48,863 nucleotides of DNA from Myxococcota bacterium (GTDB taxonomy: Bacteria > Myxococcota > JACRCW01). Where the stretch lies: the NCBI GenBank assembly GCA_040752415.1, contig JBFMGU010000051.1, positions 1 to 48,863 of the forward strand, in the 5' to 3' direction. The notes under the pieces are model-generated. The model had not been told where the DNA came from. It ran no database searches and was given only the letters and a program-made list of their open reading frames with translations. How positions within the stretch are numbered: the stretch's first letter is position 1; each line of letters starts with the position of its first letter. This document shows positions 30,225 to 39,447 of the stretch, one piece after another. The position numbers and the translations under genes were made by a program.

Positions 30225-31919
30225 TCACAAATCCGCATGCATGGCCAACGTGGCCGAGACCGAGCCGATGTTCTGGAAGCCATCCGTCGCGTAGACGAGG
30301 TAGCTGCCGCGCAGGCCCAGCTCCACGTGGAGGAAGCGGAAGATATCAAAGCCCACGTACCCCGCCAGACCGGGGGTCATGTTCATGAAGAACTGGTTGT
30401 CCACGGGCGCGTTGTACAGGTGCCGGAACAGGAACACCGTGCTGATGCGCGGGCCGGCGGCAAAGCGCAGTCGCCAGATCTCCTGTTCCCACATGGCCCC
30501 CGCGCCCAGCTCGGCCATGAAGAACGCGGCGTCGTAGCGGAGCTGGCCCAGCGCGCCCCCGTCGATGATCGCGGTGTACTCGCGGCCGCCGAAGTTGAGA
30601 TCCCCGCTGAGCAACAGGTGGCGGTTGAACAGCCCGTGGTAGCGCGTCTGCAGCGTGGCAATCGTCGTGGCGGGGAACGTGGGGCTCGCCGTGAGCGGGT
30701 TGGTGGAGCGCTTGGCGTTGGTGGGCGGACCCGGAAGGTTGAAGAACGCTTGCGCGCCCATGCCGCCGCTCAGTGACAGGCCCCAGTAGCCCTGCTTGCG
30801 CACGTACGGCTGCTCCACGGTGATGACCGCGCCCTTGGAGTAGTCGTCGTCGAAATCCACCTTCTCCATCTGGCTGGGGTCCACCACGTGCTCACTGGCC
30901 CGGGCCACCTTCACCTTCTGCATGAGGAGGTGATCGGGCTCTCGCTTCTTGATCGCGTAGTGCCCGCCCTTGACGGCAATGCGCACCGGCGTGCCCCGCT
31001 CCTTCTCCACCTCCGCCACGACGAGCTGGCGCTCGAGATCGAACACCATGAAACGGCCGGAGACGTCCTCCGGGAAGCGCACCACCGACGTGGAAGCGCC
31101 CAGGTTGGCCATCACCACGTCGCCGGCGCCGCGCAGGTTGTAGCGGTAGGTGGGGTGCTGCACGCCGCCACGGGAGTGCACGGTGGCCGCCACGGTGCGC
31201 GCATACGCGTAGGCATACGCCTCGTCCAACGTGACCCGCCCGTCGCCGGTGCGGTCCGCGTCGCCGCGCAGTCCGCTGACCCAGTAGTGGGTGAAGAAGC
31301 TGCCCTGGATGTCGTCGGATTCCTGGCTGGCCTCGGTGTCGGAGCTGGAGGCGATGATGACCTGACCGCGCGCGGTGAGCGCATCGTCGACGGAAACCAC
31401 CAGCGGCGGCGCCTTCACCCCGCCCTTCTCCCGCGTGATCTCGCCGGCACCACAGGCGTCGATGAGGGCGACACGAACGTCGGCCTTGCTGTCTTCCAGC
31501 ATGGAGCGCAGCAGGTTCATGTCCAGGCGCGTCTTCCCCAGTCGCAGCGCGCCGTCCTTGGCGTGGCCCGAGTAGTAGATGAGCAGCAGGACTTCCTTCC
31601 CCGCCAGTTTGTCGTCGAGGACGCGCTCCTCCATCTTGCGGAGCTGCTGGATCACGTCCTGGCTGTCCTGATTGTAGACCACCTGGATGTTCTCACCGCT
31701 GAAGCCGCCCAGCTCGGTGAGGACGTTGCGCATCTTCATGACGTCGCGATGCGCGTAGCGGAGCTTGGCGAGGCCAGGTCCCCCGTCGGAATGGGAGAAC
31801 AGGAACGCACGGCGCACGGGCTCCGCGAGCACCTCCGAAGGGAGCGCCACCGCGAACACCGCGGCGAACAGTGCCAACAGGAGGCGGTCAGACGTCGTGG
31901 TGGCGCGGCCGGGGCCCAT
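30225..31919 (-). CDS. Exported caspase-family (peptidase C14) protein with probable C-terminal outer-membrane beta-barrel
   Basis: Signal peptide (VLA-EP); His in YYSGH, Cys in IDACG; SQESDDIQGSFFTHY, GLRGDAD, VTLDEAY, QHP; C-terminal amphipathic beta strands. Confidence 0.88.
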   Translation of the reverse strand: MGPGRATTTSDRLLLALFAAVFAVALPSEVLAEPVRRAFLFSHSDGGPGLAKLRYAHRDVMKMRNVLTELGGFSGENIQVVYNQDSQDVIQQLRKMEERVLDDKLAGKEVLLLIYYSGHAKDGALRLGKTRLDMNLLRSMLEDSKADVRVALIDACGAGEITREKGGVKAPPLVVSVDDALTARGQVIIASSSDTEASQESDDIQGSFFTHYWVSGLRGDADRTGDGRVTLDEAYAYAYARTVAATVHSRGGVQHPTYRYNLRGAGDVVMANLGASTSVVRFPEDVSGRFMVFDLERQLVVAEVEKERGTPVRIAVKGGHYAIKKREPDHLLMQKVKVARASEHVVDPSQMEKVDFDDDYSKGAVITVEQPYVRKQGYWGLSLSGGMGAQAFFNLPGPPTNAKRSTNPLTASPTFPATTIATLQTRYHGLFNRHLLLSGDLNFGGREYTAIIDGGALGQLRYDAAFFMAELGAGAMWEQEIWRLRFAAGPRISTVFLFRHLYNAPVDNQFFMNMTPGLAGYVGFDIFRFLHVELGLRGSYLVYATDGFQNIGSVSATLAMHADL

Positions 31920-31925
31920 GGCCCA

Positions 31926-32753
31926 TCACCTGGCCACCTTCACGATGTGAAGGCTGTCCTGCTTGACCGGGAGGTCCAGGGGCAACGACTCCACTTCCGT
32001 CAGATCCACCCCCGTCTTGACGAGCTTCTCGGCGGCGTCCTCAGCGGCCTTGCGCAGCGTGGGCAGCTCCTTCTCCTCGCCGTAGATCGCAAAGAACCGC
32101 TCCGGGCCCACCGCGTCGTCGAGAACCACGCTGTCCTGCAGCGGCACGGCGCCCGCGGTGCTTCCCTCGGGCAGCTTGCCCGCGTGGTACACCGTCACGG
32201 CGCCCTTCCCGTCCACACCGACGATCACCAGCGCCGCGTCGCCCTGCCCCGGCCCGCGGACGAAGAACTGGATCTGGTCACCAGCCTTCAGCTCCTCACC
32301 GGACCGACCCGCGCGCAGCCCCTCCCGCGTCTTCAGCACAAAGCCCAGCCCCACGTCCTTGCCCTTGAGGCGCTGGCCCATCTGCTCCACGGACTCGGTG
32401 CGCGGGACCATCATCACCACGGCCGCGCTCGTCGCCAGGGCCAGTGCGAGACCGCCCCCGGTGAGCCACGCCCACATGCGCCTGGCGCCGGCGGTCACGG
32501 GCTGCGAGGCGGCCACACGCGTCTCGTGGTCGGCCTTGAAGCGCTCGAAGGGGATGTGTGTGCGGAACGCAGCGTCGTCACTCTTGAGCTCCACCAGGAT
32601 GGCCTGGCAGTCCAGGCAGGCGTCCGCGTGGGCCTTGAGCTTGGCGGCCTCGTCGGGGGGCAGCTCACCCACGTGGTAGCGCCGCAGCATGTGGCGGGTG
32701 GTGCCACAGGAGGGGGGCGGCGCAGCGTCGAGGTCAAAGGTCAGTGATTCCAT
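31926..32753 (-). CDS. Zinc-binding anti-sigma factor with TM helix and DUF4384-like periplasmic domain
   Basis: HADACLDC (HxxxCxxC), TM WLTGGGLALALATSAAVVMMV, RLKG, LKAGDQIQF, SVVLDDAVGPERF. Confidence 0.82.
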   Translation of the reverse strand: MESLTFDLDAAPPPSCGTTRHMLRRYHVGELPPDEAAKLKAHADACLDCQAILVELKSDDAAFRTHIPFERFKADHETRVAASQPVTAGARRMWAWLTGGGLALALATSAAVVMMVPRTESVEQMGQRLKGKDVGLGFVLKTREGLRAGRSGEELKAGDQIQFFVRGPGQGDAALVIVGVDGKGAVTVYHAGKLPEGSTAGAVPLQDSVVLDDAVGPERFFAIYGEEKELPTLRKAAEDAAEKLVKTGVDLTEVESLPLDLPVKQDSLHIVKVAR

Positions 32754-32771
32754 GGCACCTCCCGCATCCCG

Positions 32772-33299
32772 TCAGATGGGCGCCGCCTTCAACTTCAGGT
32801 CCGGGTCGATCTTGAGGAGCTCCTTGCGGGCCACCTCGATGAACCGGCGCAGCCGCTTGCGCAGCGTGGGCACGCTGATGCCCAGCGCCTGGCTCACCTC
32901 CTCCTGCGTCATCTCGTCGACGAAGTAGTAGATGGCGGCTTCCTGGATGTCCGGCTCGCACAGGGTCATCACCACGTGAACGAACTGGCTGCGGTCCACC
33001 ATGCGCTGGCTGGGTCCATTCTCCTCCGCCTTGTGCTCCACGAACCGACGGAACTGGTCATGCCAGGCCGCCCGCCGCGCACGGATCACGTTGAGGCAGT
33101 GGTTGGTGGTGATGCGCATGACCCACGTCAGCGGGCTGGACTCTCCCCGGAACTCGGAGAGGTTGCGCATCACCTTGATGAACACGTCCTGCATGGCGTC
33201 CCGCGCTTCCTCGTCGTTGCGAAGCAGGTACGCACACCGCCTGTACACGGTGGCGCCGTACTTCTCGTAAAGCTCACGGAGGAGGTCCTGGTCCGTCAC
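32772..33299 (-). CDS. ECF RNA polymerase sigma factor (start approximate)
   Basis: Region 2 EARDAMQDVFIK...FRGESSPLTWVMRITTNHCLN; region 4 MTQEEVSQALGISVPTLRKRL. Confidence 0.92.
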   Translation of the reverse strand: MTDQDLLRELYEKYGATVYRRCAYLLRNDEEARDAMQDVFIKVMRNLSEFRGESSPLTWVMRITTNHCLNVIRARRAAWHDQFRRFVEHKAEENGPSQRMVDRSQFVHVVMTLCEPDIQEAAIYYFVDEMTQEEVSQALGISVPTLRKRLRRFIEVARKELLKIDPDLKLKAAPI

Positions 33300-33505
33300 G
33301 GCTGCCCGGTCCGCTCCCACGCTCCTGCTGATACCGACCCCGCAGTGCGTGGAAACTGAAAATCCCTGGTGATCCGGCTCACGTTGGCCCGGGAGAGCGC
33401 TTCCCAACAGGCGTGGGCTGCAGCTTGGAGGGCTGGCCTGGCCAAGGTGGCGACCCCGGGGCGGAGAGGTCCGGCGGTTCTATCACTGCAACCCGGAAGT
33501 GGCCA

Positions 33506-33521
33506 TTTTGGACATCCAAAA
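33506..33521. promoter_or_regulatory. AT-rich palindrome upstream of ECF operon (candidate operator)
   Basis: TTTTGGA-CA-TCCAAAA. Confidence 0.45.
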
Positions 33522-33588
33522 GGCGACGCGGGCGCCGCGCGACCCATCCGCGCCTGCGCCCGCGTTCATCGCCCAGCGTGGAGCCTTG

Positions 33589-33798
33589 TTACCAGGACAC
33601 CACGCGGAAGCTCTCGGAGTCGTCCTGAGAGAAGTCGATGACGATCACGCTGCTGGACGGCTCCCGAGGCTGTGCGCGCTCCTCCGCGTTGGGCGGGGGC
33701 TGCAGCGGCTCCAGGGGAAGTCTCAGAGCGGGGGGCTCCTTCTCCCGGCGCTTCCTCTCCTCTCGGAGGATCTTGTCCATGATCTCGACGCTCACCAC
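33589..33798 (-). CDS. Small hypothetical protein
   Basis: 69 aa; AGGAGG RBS before GTG; charged helix, Pro-rich linker, terminal VIVIDF strand. Confidence 0.7.
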   Translation of the reverse strand: MVSVEIMDKILREERKRREKEPPALRLPLEPLQPPPNAEERAQPREPSSSVIVIDFSQDDSESFRVVSW

Positions 33799-34045
33799 GA
33801 CCGCCTCCTGCTCTGCTGTGCCGCCGCCCTCAACTCGCGGCTTCTGGACTGCCTACAACGCACAACCCGAGCCAACAGATTTGTAAACGTTTCACCACGA
33901 CCATGCAAAATCCAAAGTGGCTGTTTTCCGACGTGATTACATCCACCCACCCAGTGTCCCACCTCATCCCACGTTGAACGAAAAACCTGCCACGGGTGTC
34001 CGGGTGTTGTTCGTTCGCTGACGCCGTTTGTTGTGCTTCCTGACG

Positions 34046-35134
34046 CTAGGGATATCGGACCAAACCCTCGAACAGTGCGTCTTCACCCAGCTTTCTGAGC
34101 TTCACACGTTCGATGCGGATGCCTTGCGCGAGATGCGCGGGACCTTGCCAGTGCGTGAGCGGCACGCCGCGCTCGCCGAGGAGCCTGGGCGCCACCACCA
34201 ACGCCACCCGGTCCGCGGTGCGGGATTCCAGGACGGATCCGTGGATTCCGGCGCCCCCTTCCACGAGCACGCTGGTGACGCCCTCGCGCCCCAGCTCGAC
34301 CCAGACGGCCTCCAGGTCCAGGCCACCAGCTCCCCGTTGCACCCGACGCACCACCGCGCCCCTGGCCTCCAGCGCAAGACGTGCGTCCTCGGGCGCGTCC
34401 GGCGCGCAGAAAATCCGGAGCGGGTGCTGGGACACGTCCTCAAACAGCGCGGCCGTGACCGGCGTGCGGAGCGAGCTGTCCAAGACCACGCGAACGAGCC
34501 GTTGTGGGCCCTTGCCGCGGATGGGAGGGCGCCGCGGGGTCAGGCGGGGGTTGTCGGCCAGGACGGTGCCAACGCCTACCAAGATGGCATCCACGCGGTC
34601 GCGCAGGCGGTGCAGCCAGGCGTGCGCGGCCTTGCCGGAGAGCCCGCGGCTGTCGCCGGTGGAGGTGGCAATCCGCCCGTCCAACGACGTCGCCGCCTTC
34701 AGCACCACGAGGGGCCGCCCGGTGGTGACCCAGGTGAAGAACGGCTCCAGCACCGCCTGCGCCTGGGCCTGACACAGTCCCTCCACGACGGGAATCCCCG
34801 CCGCGCGCACCTTCTCCACGCCCCGGCCGGACACGCGCGGGTTCAGGTCCCGCGTGGCCACGAAGACGCGCCCCACGCCTGCCGCAATCACCGCGTCCGC
34901 ACAGGGCGGTGTGCGCCCGTGGTGGGAGCACGGCTCCAGCGTCACGTAGAGGTCCGCACCGCGCGCAGCCTCCCCCGCCGCACGCAGCGCGTTGATCTCG
35001 CCATGGGGCTCGCCCGCGCGTACGTGGTGGCCCACGGAGATGATGCGCCCATCCCGCGCCACCACCGCGCCAACGCAGGGATTGGGACGGGTCCGACCCA
35101 CCGCGCGCATGGCACGACGCACCGCCACCCGCAT
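34046..35134 (-). CDS. ribD: Bifunctional riboflavin biosynthesis deaminase/reductase
   Basis: PNPCVGAV, HGE, TLEPCSHHGRTPPC, SLDGRIA, DNPRLT, VEGG. Confidence 0.96.
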   Translation of the reverse strand: MRVAVRRAMRAVGRTRPNPCVGAVVARDGRIISVGHHVRAGEPHGEINALRAAGEAARGADLYVTLEPCSHHGRTPPCADAVIAAGVGRVFVATRDLNPRVSGRGVEKVRAAGIPVVEGLCQAQAQAVLEPFFTWVTTGRPLVVLKAATSLDGRIATSTGDSRGLSGKAAHAWLHRLRDRVDAILVGVGTVLADNPRLTPRRPPIRGKGPQRLVRVVLDSSLRTPVTAALFEDVSQHPLRIFCAPDAPEDARLALEARGAVVRRVQRGAGGLDLEAVWVELGREGVTSVLVEGGAGIHGSVLESRTADRVALVVAPRLLGERGVPLTHWQGPAHLAQGIRIERVKLRKLGEDALFEGLVRYP

Positions 35135-35178
35135 CAGCTCCGCGTGGCGGGGATGGTCGGGCGGCAGCGCGGCGTTGC

Positions 35179-35682
35179 TCAGGCGTCCGCCTCCGTGTTG
35201 CTGGTCCTGCGAGGCTCCGGGGCCTCGCCCGCGCCTCGCCGCAGGCGGTCCACTTCCGCGGCAAACTCGGTGACGTCCGCGAAGGAGCGGTAGACCGAGG
35301 CAAAGCGCACGTAGGCCACCTCATCCAGCTCCCGCAGCTCCTCCATCACCCACTCACCGAGCTGCACGCTGTCCACCTCGCGCTCACCCTCCTCCATCAT
35401 CTTGCGCTCCACGCGGGCCACCAGCGCGTCGATGGCGGGCGGACCCACGGGACGCTTCTGGCACGCGCGGACAATCCCGCCGGTGAGCTTGCGCCGGTCA
35501 AAGGGCTCACGCCGCCCGTCACGCTTGATGACGGCGGGCTGCACCTCCTCCACGCGCTCGTAACTGGTGAAACGCTTGCTGCACGCGTCGCACTGGCGCC
35601 GACGGCGGATGGCCCCCCCATCCTCCGTGGTCCGGCTGTCCACCACGCGATTGTCAACGCTTCGACAGAAAGGACAACGCAC
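35179..35682 (-). CDS. nrdR: Transcriptional repressor NrdR
   Basis: CPFC...[10 protein letters not shown] zinc ribbon, ATP cone, [10 protein letters not shown]. Confidence 0.97.
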   Translation of the reverse strand: MRCPFCRSVDNRVVDSRTTEDGGAIRRRRQCDACSKRFTSYERVEEVQPAVIKRDGRREPFDRRKLTGGIVRACQKRPVGPPAIDALVARVERKMMEEGEREVDSVQLGEWVMEELRELDEVAYVRFASVYRSFADVTEFAAEVDRLRRGAGEAPEPRRTSNTEADA

Positions 35683-35713
35683 CGCTCACCCGTCCATGAG
35701 TTTGGGGGGCGCT

Positions 35714-35742
35714 GTTGTGCGACCGTCGCGCGGCGCAGTCAA
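35714..35742 (-). promoter_or_regulatory. Candidate sigma70 promoter of nrdR-ribD
   Basis: TTGACT-N17-CACAAC. Confidence 0.35.
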
Positions 35743-35787
35743 GAGGAAGATCTGCGCGACGCGACGGCCCCTCTCACCCTTCAAGAA

Positions 35788-37947
35788 TCACTTGATCACG
35801 TCGCCGGCCTTGTGGCCGATGGCCTGCTTGCGGGAGAGCTTGATCTTGCCGGTGCCGGGCTCGATGGAGAGCACCTTCACCAGCACCTCGTCGCCCTCCT
35901 GCAACACGTCGGTGACCTTGGCCACGCGCTTGTCGGCCAGCTCACTGATGTGGACCAGCCCGTCGGTGCCCGGGAAGATCTGCACGAACGCGCCGAACTC
36001 CGCCACCTTGCGCACCGTGCCCTGGTAGATCCGGCCCACCTCCGCCTCCTGGGTCAGATCCTGGATGATCTTCATGGCGCGCTTGATGCCCTCGCCGTCG
36101 GGGCTGGCAATGGAGATGGCGCCGTCGTCGGTGATGTCGATCTTGCACTTGGACTTCTCGACGATGTCCCGGATGGTCTTCCCGCCCGGCCCGATGACGT
36201 CCTTGATCTTCTCCGGGTTGATGCGGATGACCTCGATGCGCGGCGCGTAACGGCTCAGCTCCGCACGCGGCTTGGCAATCACGTCCGTCATCTTCTGCAG
36301 GATGTGCTTGCGACCGTCGCGCGCCTGGAAGAGCGCCTTCTCGAGGATCTCACGGGAGAGGCCCTCGATCTTGATGTCCATCTGCAGCGCGGTGATGCCG
36401 TTGGCGGTGCCACAGACCTTGAAGTCCATGTCGCCCAGGTGGTCCTCGTCGCCGAGGATGTCGCTGAGCACCGCCACCTTCTCACCGTCCTTGATGAGAC
36501 CCATGGCAATGCCGGCGCACGGCGACTTGATGGGCACGCCCGCGTCCATCAGCGCCAACGTCCCGCCACACACGCTGGCCATGGAGGAGGAGCCGTTGGA
36601 CTCGGTGATCTCGCTGACCACGCGGATGGTGTACGGGAAGGCCTGCGTATCCTCCGGCACCACGCTGGCCACCGCGCGCTCCGCCAACGCCCCGTGCCCC
36701 ACCTCACGACGGCTCTGGCCGCGCATGGGCTTGGCCTCACCGACGGAGAACGGCGGGAAGTTGTAGTGCAGCATGAACTTGCGCCACGCCTCACCCTGGA
36801 GGTTGTCCAGCTTCTGCTCATCCTCCTTGGTGCCCAGCGTGCAGCTGGCAATGGCCTGCGTCTCACCACGGGTGAAGATGGCCGAGCCGTGCGTGCGCGG
36901 CAGGACGGACACCTCGATGTCGATGGGGCGGATGTCCGTGAAGGAGCGGCCGTCCAGGCGACGCTTGTCGTCGGTCACCATGGCGCGCATCACCACGTAC
37001 TCGAGGTCGTGGAAGATGTTGCTGATGTCCTTCTCCTGCTCCGGGAACCGCTCCGCCAGCCGCGCCTTGACCTCCTTGAGGATCTCCGCGCGCTTGCCGT
37101 AACGCAGCAGCTTCTCCTTGATGAGGAACGCGTCCTTGAGGCCCAGCGCCTGCGCCTCCTTGTGCACCGCGTCCTTCAGCTCCTTGTTCACCTCCGGCGG
37201 AGTGAACACGGTCTTGGGCTTGCCAATCTCCGCGCGCAGCTTCTCGATGGAGTCGATGATGGGCAGGCAGGACTTGTGACCAAAGAGCAGCGCCTCGACG
37301 ATCACGTCCTCCGGCAGCTCCTTGGCCCCGCCCTCCACCATCACGATGGCGTCGCGGTGGGCGGCGATGAAGAGGTCCACGTCGCTCTTCTTGCGCTCCT
37401 CCTGGGTGGGGTTGGCCACGAACTTCCCGTCCACGCGGCCCACGCGCACGCCCGCCAGCGGACCGGTGTTGCCGGCCCAGGGGATGTCGCTGATGTGCAG
37501 CGCGGCGGAGGCGCCGTTGAGCGCCATGGCGTCGGGCTCGTGCTCTCCGTCGTAGCTCATGACGAACGCGATGACCTGCACGTCATTGCGGTAGCCGTCC
37601 GGGAACATGGGACGGATGGCGCGGTCGGTGATGCGCGCATTCAGCGTCTCGGCGTCACGGGGACGGCCCTCACGCTTGAAGAAGCCGCCGGGGATCTTGC
37701 CCGCGGCGTACATCTTCTCCTGGTACTCGACGGTGAGCGGGAAGAAGTCGATCCCCTCCCGCTTGTCCTTGCTGGCCACCGCGGTCACCAGCACCACGGT
37801 CTCGCCGTACTGCACCCACACGCTGCCGTTGGTCTGCTTGGCAATGCGACCCGCATCAAAGCTCAGATTGGCGTTGCCAACCGGGACGCTGACGCTGCGG
37901 TGCTTCTGGGAGTTGTGGTTCTTCTGGACGGAAATGCCTTCAGCCAT
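35788..37947 (-). CDS. pnp: Polyribonucleotide nucleotidyltransferase
   Basis: [34 protein letters not shown] (IGPGGK) and S1 domains; ATG after GGAG. Confidence 0.98.
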   Translation of the reverse strand: MAEGISVQKNHNSQKHRSVSVPVGNANLSFDAGRIAKQTNGSVWVQYGETVVLVTAVASKDKREGIDFFPLTVEYQEKMYAAGKIPGGFFKREGRPRDAETLNARITDRAIRPMFPDGYRNDVQVIAFVMSYDGEHEPDAMALNGASAALHISDIPWAGNTGPLAGVRVGRVDGKFVANPTQEERKKSDVDLFIAAHRDAIVMVEGGAKELPEDVIVEALLFGHKSCLPIIDSIEKLRAEIGKPKTVFTPPEVNKELKDAVHKEAQALGLKDAFLIKEKLLRYGKRAEILKEVKARLAERFPEQEKDISNIFHDLEYVVMRAMVTDDKRRLDGRSFTDIRPIDIEVSVLPRTHGSAIFTRGETQAIASCTLGTKEDEQKLDNLQGEAWRKFMLHYNFPPFSVGEAKPMRGQSRREVGHGALAERAVASVVPEDTQAFPYTIRVVSEITESNGSSSMASVCGGTLALMDAGVPIKSPCAGIAMGLIKDGEKVAVLSDILGDEDHLGDMDFKVCGTANGITALQMDIKIEGLSREILEKALFQARDGRKHILQKMTDVIAKPRAELSRYAPRIEVIRINPEKIKDVIGPGGKTIRDIVEKSKCKIDITDDGAISIASPDGEGIKRAMKIIQDLTQEAEVGRIYQGTVRKVAEFGAFVQIFPGTDGLVHISELADKRVAKVTDVLQEGDEVLVKVLSIEPGTGKIKLSRKQAIGHKAGDVIK

Positions 37948-38209
37948 ACGAATCTCCGGTGCCACGCCAAATCATGACGTGAGCCGTGAAGCCGCCCCCG
38001 TTTCGAGAGCTGGGCGGCCTTGGATGCACACCGGGAGAAGCTTCAGGATTCCCTGGAACTTCCACTCAACCTTGGGAACGAGGAATGAGGGAGAAACCCG
38101 AACGCCGGGTCTGGCTTCTGCCACATTCTTCGTTCCGACAAACCGGCTGCCGGTGCGTTGTGTGACGCCGGGGCAGGACCATTCCCACCCCGGCGCGCGG
38201 CCTCAAGCC

Positions 38210-38479
38210 TTACTTGCGGATACCAAGCGAGGTGATGAGGTCCTTGTAGCGCTTGCTGTCCTTCTTCTTCAGGTACTCGAGCAGCGCGCGACGCTGGCTG
38301 ACGAGCATCAAGAGGCCACGACGGCTGTGATGGTCCTTCTTGTGGGTCTTGAAGTGCTCGGTGAGGTAGCCGATGCGGTCGGTGAGCAGCGCGACCTGGA
38401 CCTCCGGCGAGCCGGTGTCCTTCTCGTGCTTGCGGTACTGCGCGATGATCTGCTGGGTTCTTTCCTTGAGGATGGCCAC
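38210..38479 (-). CDS. rpsO: 30S ribosomal protein S15
   Basis: [26 protein letters not shown] start after AGGAG. Confidence 0.98.
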   Translation of the reverse strand: MAILKERTQQIIAQYRKHEKDTGSPEVQVALLTDRIGYLTEHFKTHKKDHHSRRGLLMLVSQRRALLEYLKKKDSKRYKDLITSLGIRK

Positions 38480-38562
38480 GTTCTTCTCCTGATGCGCGGA
38501 CCTCCCAGCGTGGACCCCGCGTGGCCGCGGGCTGCCGGTGAGGCCGTAAGTTTGGGCGGGGT

Positions 38563-38591
38563 CCTCTAGCGGAGGGTGTGGGAGGCGTCAA
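38563..38591 (-). promoter_or_regulatory. Sigma70-type promoter of rpsO-pnp
   Basis: TTGACG-N17-TAGAGG. Confidence 0.55.
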
Positions 38592-38669
38592 CGTCCCTGC
38601 CTTCGGCCCCGCCCGCGCCCGAGGGAGCGTTCTTGCTTCCGCCCGCCCGGCTGGGGTTCAGTGCCACGC

Positions 38670-39383
38670 ATGGCGCATGAGCTCGAGACCATCCAGGACC
38701 ATTTCGTGGTGTGCGGCCTGGGCACCACCGGTCGGCACGTGGTGGCGGAGCTGACCAAGGTGGGCAAGGCGGTGGTGGGCATGGACGTGGACCGCCAACG
38801 CGTGCACGCGGCGCAGGGCGACTTTGAAGGCGGCATCTTCTTCCTGGGCGACGCGTCCCAGGAGGAGCACCTCACCACGGCGGCGGTTTCCCGCGCGGTG
38901 GGCATCTTCTGCGCCACGCCCAATGACAAGGACAACCTCATGATTGCGCTGAGCGCGCGCCAGCTGGCCCCCAAGGTCCGGCTGGTGGCCCGCTCCTCCG
39001 ACCCGGCCAACAACGGGAAGTTCCGCCAGGTGGGCTGCGACGCCGTGGTCAATCCCAACCACACCGCCGGCCTGCGCATGGCCTCGGAGATGCTGCGTCC
39101 CTCCACGGCCACGTTCCTGGACACCATGCTGCGCAACAAGGAGACACCGGCGCGGTTCGAGAACGTGGACGTGCCGACGGGAGCGCATGCCGCGGGCAAG
39201 ACGTTGGGACAGCTGGACATCCAGAAGAACGTGGGGCTCATCGTGGTGGCGGTGGTCCGTGCCAACGGGAGCATTGAGTACAACCCGCGCGAGAGCTTCG
39301 GGGTCACCGCCGGCGACAGCCTCATTGTCATCTGCAATGCCGAGCAGCAGGCGACGCTGCGTCGCTACGTGCAGTCCGGCTGA
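38670..39383 (+). CDS. Soluble RCK (TrkA-N + TrkA-C) potassium transport regulatory protein
   Basis: HFVVCGLGTTG Rossmann motif, GDAS, DKDN, GKTLGQLDI, NP..GD; no TM segments. Confidence 0.85.
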   Translation: MAHELETIQDHFVVCGLGTTGRHVVAELTKVGKAVVGMDVDRQRVHAAQGDFEGGIFFLGDASQEEHLTTAAVSRAVGIFCATPNDKDNLMIALSARQLAPKVRLVARSSDPANNGKFRQVGCDAVVNPNHTAGLRMASEMLRPSTATFLDTMLRNKETPARFENVDVPTGAHAAGKTLGQLDIQKNVGLIVVAVVRANGSIEYNPRESFGVTAGDSLIVICNAEQQATLRRYVQSG

Positions 39384-39447
39384 CCACGTCGAGCCCACCG
39401 TGCAAACCGGTGGAACGCGATGCGCACCGTGATGCGTTGACGGGCGG

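Noticed and set aside
38043..38591. 182-aa minus-strand ORF overlapping rpsO
   Set aside because: Alternative frame over rpsO; its TTG 'start' is the -35 box.
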